From positions 210,001 through 242,000 of the forward strand of contig JBAQRV010000001.1 of assembly GCA_049296095.1 (NCBI GenBank): a DNA stretch of 32,000 nt. The letters are read 5' to 3'. The notes beneath the pieces were generated by a model, which was not told the origin of the DNA, ran no database searches, and saw nothing but the letters and a program-made list of their open reading frames with translations. The position numbers were made by a program, and so were the translations under genes. The stretch is from Candidatus Saccharimonadota bacterium. GTDB lineage: Bacteria > Patescibacteriota > Saccharimonadia > Saccharimonadales > Saccharimonadaceae. This document shows, piece after piece, positions 24,679-32,000 of this stretch. Each line of letters opens with the position of its first letter. Position 1 is the stretch's first letter.

Positions 24679-25677
24679 ATGTTTGATAAAGCCCGCGAAC
24701 TGATTGAATCAGCCCAAAAGATCGTTATTATCCAAGCCGAAAACCCAGATGGTGATTCTCTTGGTAGTACTTTAGCATTGGAAGAAATCCTCGGCGACCT
24801 CGGTAAGGACGTCGTCTTATACTGTGCGATTGATATTCCAAAATATATGCATTATATCCAGGGGTGGGATCGGATTGTGAAAGATTGGCCAAAAGATCGG
24901 GATCTCGCAATTATCGTTGATACTTCGAGCGCCCTTTTGATGACAAAAACCTTCGAGACAGCCGGCGTCACACACTTCATGGAGTCACACCCCGTCCTTG
25001 TGATTGATCACCACGCTGAAGTTGTAGGCGACCTTCCCTTTGAACACACGCTCGTCAACGATCTTACTTCAGTCGCAACTGGCCAGGCACTCTACAAAAT
25101 GGCTATTGAAGCGGGCTGGTCAATCAACCCTCAGGCTGCCGAGAATCTATTCTTGTCAATTCAAGCAGACAGCCTTGGCCTGACCACTCAAAATACCGAC
25201 GCTGATGCTTACCGCGTTGCAGCCGAACTGGTTGCACTCGGCGCCAACCCTTCCGTTATCGAAGGGCGACGTCGCGAATACATGAAAAAACCGGCTGATA
25301 TCCTTGCCTATAAGGGTGAGTTAATTGGTCGTATCGAATATAGCCTTGAGGGTAAACTTGCCACTGTCCATATTCCTTGGGCTGAGATCGAGCAGTATAG
25401 TGACCGCTATAATCCAAGCGTCCTGGTGCTCGATGAGATGCGGCTGGTTGAACATGTTGAAATCGCCGTTGCAATCAAAACCTACCCCGACGGCAAGCTG
25501 ACAGGCAAGATCCGCTCAAACGTGCCGATTGCTGGACAAGTCGCTGGCTTCTTTGGCGGTGGCGGACATGACTATTCGGCGGGCTTCAAAGTCTTTGAAG
25601 ACTATGACAAAATAATGACTGAATTAGTAACTGCAGTAGATAAGGCCTTGATCGATTATGAGTCTTCAATTTCATAA
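24679..25677 (+). CDS. DHH/DHHA1 family phosphoesterase (NrnA-like oligoribonuclease/pAp phosphatase)
   Basis: DGDSLGS, VIDHHA and GGGGHDYSAGF (DHHA1 GGGH) motifs. TGcTACAAT (24663-24671) ends 7 nt before the ATG. Confidence 0.8.
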   Translation: MFDKARELIESAQKIVIIQAENPDGDSLGSTLALEEILGDLGKDVVLYCAIDIPKYMHYIQGWDRIVKDWPKDRDLAIIVDTSSALLMTKTFETAGVTHFMESHPVLVIDHHAEVVGDLPFEHTLVNDLTSVATGQALYKMAIEAGWSINPQAAENLFLSIQADSLGLTTQNTDADAYRVAAELVALGANPSVIEGRRREYMKKPADILAYKGELIGRIEYSLEGKLATVHIPWAEIEQYSDRYNPSVLVLDEMRLVEHVEIAVAIKTYPDGKLTGKIRSNVPIAGQVAGFFGGGGHDYSAGFKVFEDYDKIMTELVTAVDKALIDYESSIS

Positions 25678-27196
25678 CCAACTCACCAGAACCGTTGACC
25701 CCTTCACTCCTCAAGTCGAAGGACAAGTAAGTCTCTATACCTGTGGACCGACCGTCTATGACTATCCGCACGTTGGTAACTGGTCTGGGTATATCTATTG
25801 GGACGTACTCGTGCGCACACTGCAAGCGAATGGCCTCAAGGTTGATCGTGTCATGAACATCACCGATGTGGGCCATCTAACAGGCGAGAACGAAGGTGAT
25901 GCTGATCGAGGGGAAGACAAGCTCGAAAAGGGTGCTCGTCGCGAAGGTAAAACCGCCTGGGAAGTTGCTGCTTTTTATACCGAAGATTTCATGAAGGGCA
26001 TTGAGCGTCTCGGTCTTATCATGCCAACTCACATCACTAAAGCAACCGACTACATCGACCAGCAGCTCGCCCTCGTTCGCACACTCAAAGAAAAGGGCTT
26101 TACCTACGAAATCGACGACGGTATCTACTTTGATACTGCCAAGTTCCCAACCTACGCTGACTTTGCCGGCCTAGACCTCGAAGCCCAACGCGCCGGTGCC
26201 CGCGTCGAATACAACCCAGAAAAAAGAAATCACAGCGACTTCGCTCTATGGAAATTCACCCCAGCTGGCGAAACCCGTGATATGGAATGGAAGACTCCCG
26301 ATGACTTGCTTGATTCCACATCTGTCGAAACATCTGCAGCCCGAGTTTCCGATCAGGAAACCCGGAGCGAAGCCGTTTCGTCAGATGTCGGAAGCAAGGA
26401 AGTTAGAATGGGTTTCCCAGGCTGGCATCTCGAATGCTCAGCCATGGCGATGTCACTGCTTGGTAACACTTTGGATATGCATACAGGTGGCATTGATCAT
26501 ATTCCAGTGCACCATACCAACGAAATCGCCCAATCAGAGGCCGCAACCGGCGTGATATTTAGCAATTTCTGGCTTCATAATAATCACCTCAAGGTCAACG
26601 GCACCAAGATTAGTAAGTCACTTGGAAACGGCTATACACTCGATGACCTCGAGAAAAAGGGCTATAGTCCGCTCGACTTCCGCCTCTTCGTCCTCCAAAG
26701 CCAATACCACAATGAGGGTAATTTTACGTTCGAAAACCTTGAAGCCGCCAAGAACCGCCTCCTCAACTGGCGAAATATCGCCGCTTTGCGCCACCAGACC
26801 CACGGCACACTCGATGATGGCGACGACCGATCTGTTGCGCTGTATGCAACCTCCCAAGCAATTGTTGAGGCCCTTTCAAACGATCTCGATACACCCGAAG
26901 CTTTCCGAATCATCGACGAAGCCTTCGATCAGCTTACCAATACTTCGATTGACAAGATCCATCAACACGCACTGGTGAGCGTTCTTGAAACGATTGACGA
27001 TACACTAGGGCTCCAGCTTATTACGACCACACCGGACATATCTGATGATCAAAAGCGAACTATCCTGGAACGCGAACGTGCCCGCGAGAATAGGGACTTT
27101 AAGACTGCCGACAGCCTGCGAGATCAGCTGGAAAAAGAAGGTGTCACTGTTCGTGACACCTCAACAGGTCCAATTTGGGAGTATCTTAAGATTTAG
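25658..27196 (+). CDS. cysS: cysteine--tRNA ligase with a ~36-aa insertion in the catalytic core
   Basis: LYTCGPTVYDYPHVGN (HIGH-type), PGWHLECSAM, GGIDHIPVHHTNEIAQSEA, and KISKSLGN (KMSKS). The start overlaps the upstream gene by 20 nt. Confidence 0.95.
   Translation: MSLQFHNQLTRTVDPFTPQVEGQVSLYTCGPTVYDYPHVGNWSGYIYWDVLVRTLQANGLKVDRVMNITDVGHLTGENEGDADRGEDKLEKGARREGKTAWEVAAFYTEDFMKGIERLGLIMPTHITKATDYIDQQLALVRTLKEKGFTYEIDDGIYFDTAKFPTYADFAGLDLEAQRAGARVEYNPEKRNHSDFALWKFTPAGETRDMEWKTPDDLLDSTSVETSAARVSDQETRSEAVSSDVGSKEVRMGFPGWHLECSAMAMSLLGNTLDMHTGGIDHIPVHHTNEIAQSEAATGVIFSNFWLHNNHLKVNGTKISKSLGNGYTLDDLEKKGYSPLDFRLFVLQSQYHNEGNFTFENLEAAKNRLLNWRNIAALRHQTHGTLDDGDDRSVALYATSQAIVEALSNDLDTPEAFRIIDEAFDQLTNTSIDKIHQHALVSVLETIDDTLGLQLITTTPDISDDQKRTILERERARENRDFKTADSLRDQLEKEGVTVRDTSTGPIWEYLKI
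26318..26388. repeat. imperfect palindromic (hairpin) element, copy B, in-frame inside the cysS catalytic core
   Basis: ACATCTGTCGAAAC (26318-26331) pairs with GTTTCGTCAGATGT (26375-26388): 14 bp with 1 mismatch. There is an inner stem 26341-26350/26356-26365. Core TCTGCAGCCCGAGT is at 26333-26346 and core ACCCGGAGCGAAGCC at 26360-26374. Confidence 0.7.
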
Positions 27197-28301
27197 ATTT
27201 AGCGACTGGCTTGTCGCTCAGTTCGCGCTGCTTCTTGGCATAAATGAGATACTCGTCGAGCAAGATTCGCAGTGACCCTGCAATCGGAATAGCGATAATA
27301 CCACCGACGATACCAAACATATAGAGTCCAATCGTCACTGATGCCAAGACAGCCAAAGCGGACAATTCGTTACGTTTCGACTGAATCTGTGGTGAGATAA
27401 AGTTGTTTTCAATTTGTTGATAGACAATAAAGAAGATTGCGTAGATGATGGCGGCAGGAATATTATTGAATGCCAGCAACGCAGTCACGATGACCCCACC
27501 GATAGTGGCACCAAACATAGGAATCAACGATAACACGAAGGTAATTGCAGCCGTCGTGAAGGCAAGATTGCTTGGTATAACAGGAAAGACCAAGCTCAGT
27601 ACAAACACGGCCAACCCAGCAAATGTCGCGCCAATAGCCGAGACCGTCAATTGACCGGTAATATAGCCAGTCACGACTCCATAGATACGGCTCGAGATTC
27701 GTTTATGAATTTCCATGCGACCCTTGTTGTTATACAGTCCCCACAGGCGCTGCATCCACGCAGGACCTTCAATCAACATCAAGAAGGTCAATACCAGCAC
27801 CAATAAGAGCGCTGTAAAGAAGCTAAAGATTGAGCCAATACCACTAATGACACTCTGTCCTACATTGCTCGCCCAACCAGTTGCATTGTCCTTTAGTGAG
27901 TTAAGAGCGCTGTCTACTTGAGATTGCAGACCGTATTGATCGACCACATCGCGAAGGCCATGCCACGACTGCGTCGCTGAATCAACCACAGCTGGTACGC
28001 TCTCGACAAATTTGGCAGTTTGCTGAACGATCGGTGGGATCACCAGGAAAATAATCGCACCGAGTATCGTGACAACTGCCACATAGGCAATCGCTGTCGC
28101 ACCAACCCGACTTTTACCAGGTAAACGACGTGCAATACGTCCTACTGGAGTATTCAAAGCCAGTGCCAGGAAAAGTGACGTTCCTAAAATAATCAAAGCA
28201 ACCTGCGCAGCAATAATCAAATAAATAAGCAATCCTAGCCCAATAACCACTAACCAGAATCGTACGAACGTGCGGGTATCTATTTCTAAGCGTGTTTTCA
28301 T
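27186..28301 (-). CDS. AI-2E family transporter (PerM/UPF0118)
   Basis: Eight hydrophobic segments. The C-terminal core ...FFIVYQQIENNFISPQIQSKRNELSALAVLASVTIG..FGIVGGIIAIPIAG is typical of the family. TATAAT (complement of 28309-28314) lies 7 nt before the ATG. Confidence 0.85.
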   Translation of the reverse strand: MKTRLEIDTRTFVRFWLVVIGLGLLIYLIIAAQVALIILGTSLFLALALNTPVGRIARRLPGKSRVGATAIAYVAVVTILGAIIFLVIPPIVQQTAKFVESVPAVVDSATQSWHGLRDVVDQYGLQSQVDSALNSLKDNATGWASNVGQSVISGIGSIFSFFTALLLVLVLTFLMLIEGPAWMQRLWGLYNNKGRMEIHKRISSRIYGVVTGYITGQLTVSAIGATFAGLAVFVLSLVFPVIPSNLAFTTAAITFVLSLIPMFGATIGGVIVTALLAFNNIPAAIIYAIFFIVYQQIENNFISPQIQSKRNELSALAVLASVTIGLYMFGIVGGIIAIPIAGSLRILLDEYLIYAKKQRELSDKPVAKSKS

Positions 28302-28382
28302 AGGCTGTATTATACACGCTTTATCAAGTCACAGATAGATAGCTCGACAAGATGCTTATCCTTAGTTATAGTGTTGTGTAGC

Positions 28383-30047
28383 ATGGAACCATTACTTATC
28401 CAGTTACGGGCAATCTTTAAAGGTGAGGTCTTGACCGACAAAGTAACCAAGGAAGCCTACAGTCACGACGCGAGTATCTATGAACTCGTTCCTGATGCGG
28501 TGGTCGTTCCAAAAGACAGCCAAGATATCCAGAAACTCGTCACCTTCGTAAATAAACATAAGTCTTTGCACCCGCACCTCGCCCTTACTCCTCGAAGCGC
28601 CGGCACCGACATGTCTGGTGCCGCTATTGGAAGCTCGCTTGTGATCGATATGACCCAGCATTTCTCAAAGATCAAGAGCCTCAAAGGCACCCTCCTCAAC
28701 GTCCAGCCTGGAGTATTTATGCGCGATATTGACCCTTACTTAGCGGCCAAGCAGCTCATGCTGGGATGTGTCCCAGCGAGTCGTGCCATCTGTACTATTG
28801 GAGGAATGGTCGCAAATAATGCCGGCGGCGAACAATCGCTTCGCTATGGCAATACCGAACGGTCGGTTCGAGAGCTAAAAGTAGTCCTCGCCGATGGGAA
28901 GGAATACACTGTCAAACCACTCACTAAACGCCAGCTTGAGATGAAGATCAAGGAAAAGACCTACGAAGCCACCCTCTATCGTCAAGTCTACGAACTCATT
29001 GAAGCAAACTACGATCTTATCAAGAATGCCCGGCCGCACGTGAATAAAAATTCGATGGGCTACAACCTATGGAGTGTCTGGGACAGGGGAACGGGAATCT
29101 TTGATTTAACCCATCTATTCTCGGGAAGCCAAGGGACTCTCGGCATCATCACCGACATCGTTATAGAGGCAGTTCCGAAAGCGATTCACACTGGGTTACT
29201 CTTGATATATCTTCCCTCCATCAAGCATCTGGGTGATATCATTCCAGCCGTCATGAAACATAATCCTGCAACCTTTGAAGGCTTCGACGATATTACATTC
29301 AATCTTGGCATCAAGTATTTTTCGACCTTCAAGAAGCAGCTTGGCATGAAGGAATGGCTCCGACAACAAACCTGGCTACTCGGCTCGGTTGCAAAATTCC
29401 GCGGTCATCTCCCTAATATTCTTTTGATGGTGGAATTCGAAGGGAACACTAGAGAAGAGGTCTATACAAAGATTTCCAAGCTCCATGACGACCTAAAGCA
29501 ATACAAGGTTAAAATGGACATCGAAGGCGATGAGGCTTCGAGCGCACCATTCTGGCAGATCCGTCGAGCGGCCTTATCGCTCCTACGCAATCGTGTCAAA
29601 GACAAATATGCGTCGCCGTTCATTGACGATATGACGGTCCAGCCAAAATATTTGCCTCAATTCGTTCCCGAGTTGCGTCGAATTATTCGTAAGTATAAAC
29701 TGCCTGCGACTATCCAGGGCCACTTCGGTGATGGAAATTTTCACATTATTCCACTCATGAATATTGCTGGCACAAAGGACCAAGCAAAGCTTGAACCCGT
29801 CATGCGCGAACTCATCCCGATCGTCCTAAAATACGGTGGCACAATGGCAGGCGAACATAATGACGGCATGGTGCGTGGGCCATGGCTGCCAAGCGTCTTT
29901 GGTGAGCCAATGTACCAACTTTTCAAACAAACTAAAGAAATTTTTGATCCGCTCTATATCTTTAACCCTCACAAAAAAACTGACGCGTCGTGGGACTATA
30001 GTATGGATCACATTCGTTCGCATAATCAAAACGGGTGGATCAAGTAG
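28383..30047 (+). CDS. FAD-binding oxidoreductase (FAD_binding_4 / GlcD-like FAD-linked oxidase)
   Basis: VVVPKDSQDIQKLV...LTPRSAGTDMSGAAIG (FAD-binding PCMH domain) and C-terminal GGTMAGEHNDGMVRG. I prefer the ATG at 28383 over the track's GTG at 28371, because TATAGT (28367-28372) overlaps 28371. Confidence 0.8.
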   Translation: MEPLLIQLRAIFKGEVLTDKVTKEAYSHDASIYELVPDAVVVPKDSQDIQKLVTFVNKHKSLHPHLALTPRSAGTDMSGAAIGSSLVIDMTQHFSKIKSLKGTLLNVQPGVFMRDIDPYLAAKQLMLGCVPASRAICTIGGMVANNAGGEQSLRYGNTERSVRELKVVLADGKEYTVKPLTKRQLEMKIKEKTYEATLYRQVYELIEANYDLIKNARPHVNKNSMGYNLWSVWDRGTGIFDLTHLFSGSQGTLGIITDIVIEAVPKAIHTGLLLIYLPSIKHLGDIIPAVMKHNPATFEGFDDITFNLGIKYFSTFKKQLGMKEWLRQQTWLLGSVAKFRGHLPNILLMVEFEGNTREEVYTKISKLHDDLKQYKVKMDIEGDEASSAPFWQIRRAALSLLRNRVKDKYASPFIDDMTVQPKYLPQFVPELRRIIRKYKLPATIQGHFGDGNFHIIPLMNIAGTKDQAKLEPVMRELIPIVLKYGGTMAGEHNDGMVRGPWLPSVFGEPMYQLFKQTKEIFDPLYIFNPHKKTDASWDYSMDHIRSHNQNGWIK

Positions 30048-30090
30048 TCTTTTGACTGTCGACGCTAGATAATGTATAGTAAAAGCAGTT

Positions 30091-30408
30091 ATGAGCACAG
30101 AAACTATCGGCTGCGTCAAGGCAGCAACCAAGATCCTCGGCGACAAATGGACCCCCCAGCTGTTACGCTTCTTTGTTAATGAGGAGACGGTTCGTTTTTG
30201 CCAGATTCAAGATTTAGTAGAAGGCATCAACCCTCGGACACTCTCCTCTCGACTTGATTATCTTGAAGCTGAAGGTATTATCACCAAACACCCGACGACC
30301 TCTGAGAGTCGTTGCGAATACCGTCTTACTCAAAAAGGAAAGGACCTGGTACCAATCCTTCACAATATGCAAACCTGGAGTGACCGATATACAGAGGTCG
30401 CAGCCTAA
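30091..30408 (+). CDS. HxlR-family winged-helix transcriptional regulator
   Basis: ILGDKWTPQLLRFF....RFCQIQDLVEGINPRTLSSRLDYLEAEGIITKH.......EYRLTQKGKDLVPIL is the HxlR-type HTH pattern. Confidence 0.8.
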   Translation: MSTETIGCVKAATKILGDKWTPQLLRFFVNEETVRFCQIQDLVEGINPRTLSSRLDYLEAEGIITKHPTTSESRCEYRLTQKGKDLVPILHNMQTWSDRYTEVAA

Positions 30409-30461
30409 CTTTCGGGCGTTTTCTCAGCATATTATCAGCCAAATGAGCGTATACTAAGAGT

Positions 30462-31133
30462 ATGAGAGTACTCATTGTTGAAGATGAACACAAGATTGCC
30501 CGCGCCTTAAAAAAGACTTTGGAGCAAGAGACTTATGCGGTTGACGTTGCCTATGATGGGGATGAAGGCTATGCAATGGCCACAACTGAACCCTACGACA
30601 TCGCCATTATCGATCGAATGCTTCCGGGCAAGTACGATGGTATTGGTATCGTCAAAGGCATGCGTGAAGCCAAAATCCACACCCCTGTTATTTTTCTAAG
30701 TGCCCTGGGAAGTGTGAGTGAGCGGACAACTGGCCTTGATGCAGGTGCTGATGATTACCTCGTCAAACCTTTCGCGCTTGAAGAGCTCCTCGCAAGAGTA
30801 CGCGCCCTATTGCGCCGTCCTACCGAACAACAGGCAACCATTCTGCGAGCAGGCGACCTGACACTCAATACCGTCACCTACAGCGTCGAGCGCGCCGGCA
30901 AACCAATCCAACTTACTAGCAAGGAATTTGCCTTACTTGAATATCTCCTTCGCAACCAGGGACGGCCGATCAGCAAAGAGGTGATTATCAGTCATGTCTG
31001 GGATTACGACGCAGATATCTTACCAAATACTGTTGAAGTCTATATTAAATATCTTCGTAATAAAATTGACACGCCATTCAAGTCACCACTGATCCACACG
31101 GTCAGGGGATTTGGCTACAAGCTCGAGGCATAA
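30462..31133 (+). CDS. OmpR/PhoB-family response regulator
   Basis: MRVLIVEDEHKIA...DIAIIDRMLPG (receiver Asp), ...DDYLVKPF, and a C-terminal winged helix (LTSKEFALLEYLLRN.GRPISKE...VWDYD.....NTVEVYIKYLRNKI). Confidence 0.9.
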   Translation: MRVLIVEDEHKIARALKKTLEQETYAVDVAYDGDEGYAMATTEPYDIAIIDRMLPGKYDGIGIVKGMREAKIHTPVIFLSALGSVSERTTGLDAGADDYLVKPFALEELLARVRALLRRPTEQQATILRAGDLTLNTVTYSVERAGKPIQLTSKEFALLEYLLRNQGRPISKEVIISHVWDYDADILPNTVEVYIKYLRNKIDTPFKSPLIHTVRGFGYKLEA

Positions 31134-31138
31134 CAACA

Positions 31139-32000
31139 ATGTTTCGTTCCGCGACGTTAAAACTGACCGCCTGGTACCTGGCAATCCTCATGACCATTAG
31201 TATCGTTTTTAGTATTGTTATTTTTCAGCTAAATTTCCATGAAGTTGGCGTGCGGCTTGAAAATCTGCAACAGGGCTTAATAAGCGCCGAGTCCCTACAG
31301 CAGATTAGCTTAAGTCAGGTGGGAGAGAGCGCTTTAATCCGCATACAAGCCGAGCAGGCAGCGCTACAAATGTTTCTGTCTCTTATTTATATTAACGCCG
31401 CTATCTTGATTGCAGGTGGAGTAGGCAGTTACTTCCTCGCGAGGCGTACACTCCAGCCGATCGAACGTGCACACGACGCCCAGAGCCGCTTTACAAGCGA
31501 TGCCAGCCATGAACTGCGGACACCGCTCGCAAGTATGAAGACCGAGCTTGAGGTCGCACTTCGCGACAAGTCACTGAGCGCCGAGGAGTCAAGAGAACTC
31601 TTGATCAGTAACCTCGAAGAAGTAAATAAGCTTATTGGCCTATCAGAGATGCTTTTAAAACTGTCAAAGCTTGATTATGACCGATTGGAACGCAAACAGA
31701 TTGATCTGGTTGAACTTTTCCACTCAAAACTCAAAGCATTTCCAAAAGTCGCCAAACGTTTTACTGTTACGACCCGAAAGCGTGCAACCGTTTTTGGAAA
31801 TGAAGCCGCTATCGCTGAGCTCATCACCATCCTGATTGATAACGCTATTAAATATAGTCCTCCTAAAAGTCGTATCATGGTTCGTATCTATGAGCGTCGA
31901 CTAATGGGAGTATTCGAGATCAGCAATAGCGGCCCTGCTATCTCGGCTGACAGACTCCCTCACATCTTTGAACGATTCTACCGAGCTGATGATTCTCGAA
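31139..32000 (+). CDS. sensor histidine kinase, 3'-partial (runs off window end)
   Basis: Absent from the ORF track (edge). My translation gives MFRSATLKLTAWYLAILMTISIVFSIVIF... (TM1), ...AAILIAGGVGSYFLARRTLQPIE (TM2/HAMP-like), an H-box FTSDASHELRTPLASM and an N-box LIDNAIKYSP. It starts 6 nt after the response regulator stop. Confidence 0.85.
   Translation, partial: MFRSATLKLTAWYLAILMTISIVFSIVIFQLNFHEVGVRLENLQQGLISAESLQQISLSQVGESALIRIQAEQAALQMFLSLIYINAAILIAGGVGSYFLARRTLQPIERAHDAQSRFTSDASHELRTPLASMKTELEVALRDKSLSAEESRELLISNLEEVNKLIGLSEMLLKLSKLDYDRLERKQIDLVELFHSKLKAFPKVAKRFTVTTRKRATVFGNEAAIAELITILIDNAIKYSPPKSRIMVRIYERRLMGVFEISNSGPAISADRLPHIFERFYRADDSR

Noticed and set aside
1-32000. A search for CRISPR arrays, tandem repeats, IS elements, integrases, tRNA/rRNA genes and classical defence genes (nucleases, methyltransferases, helicase-nuclease fusions).
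   Set aside because: I saw none by eye on either strand. The only helicase is the replicative DnaB, and the only repeats are the two hairpin-element copies and the promoter-type motifs.

Overview
This is a dense, almost fully coding chromosomal core region from a bacterium using the standard genetic code. Short genes, many lineage-specific hypotheticals, nucleotide-salvage genes and GT2/GT-C envelope enzymes suggest a small-genome CPR/Patescibacteria (Saccharibacteria-like) organism, but that is inference only.

Recognisable genes, in order:
- partial alpha/beta hydrolase, Fet4-like iron-permease-family protein, a secreted protein plus a Pro-rich anchored protein, P-loop kinase, DUF45/YgjP metallohydrolase, orphan PAS histidine kinase, GT2 glycosyltransferase
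- secE-nusG, rplK, rplA, thyA, folA, dcd, tmk, rplJ-rplL
- CmpB-like membrane protein, tdk, dnaX, dnaB, GT-C glycosyltransferase, ybaB, recR, NrnA-like DHH phosphoesterase, cysS
- AI-2E permease, FAD-linked oxidase, HxlR regulator, and an OmpR-type response regulator with its histidine kinase (cut by the window end)

I found no rRNA, tRNA, CRISPR array, transposase, integrase or recognisable defence gene.

Most notable observations:
1. A hairpin-forming element with identical 14-nt and 15-nt cores sits in-frame inside both dnaX and cysS. In cysS it splits the conserved catalytic core, and one core is read in different frames in the two genes. This points to a nucleotide-level (RPE/REP-like) element.
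2. The normally contiguous secE-nusG-rplKAJL(-rpoBC) cluster is interrupted three times by unknown genes and by a dTTP-synthesis module, and rpoB does not follow rplL.
3. About ten genes have a TGnTATAAT-type -10 box only 6-8 nt upstream of the ATG, which implies leaderless mRNAs.
4. L1 carries a roughly 100-aa N-terminal extension.
5. RecR lacks three of its four zinc-finger cysteines.
6. The rplJ leader has an explicit terminator/alternative-helix arrangement.
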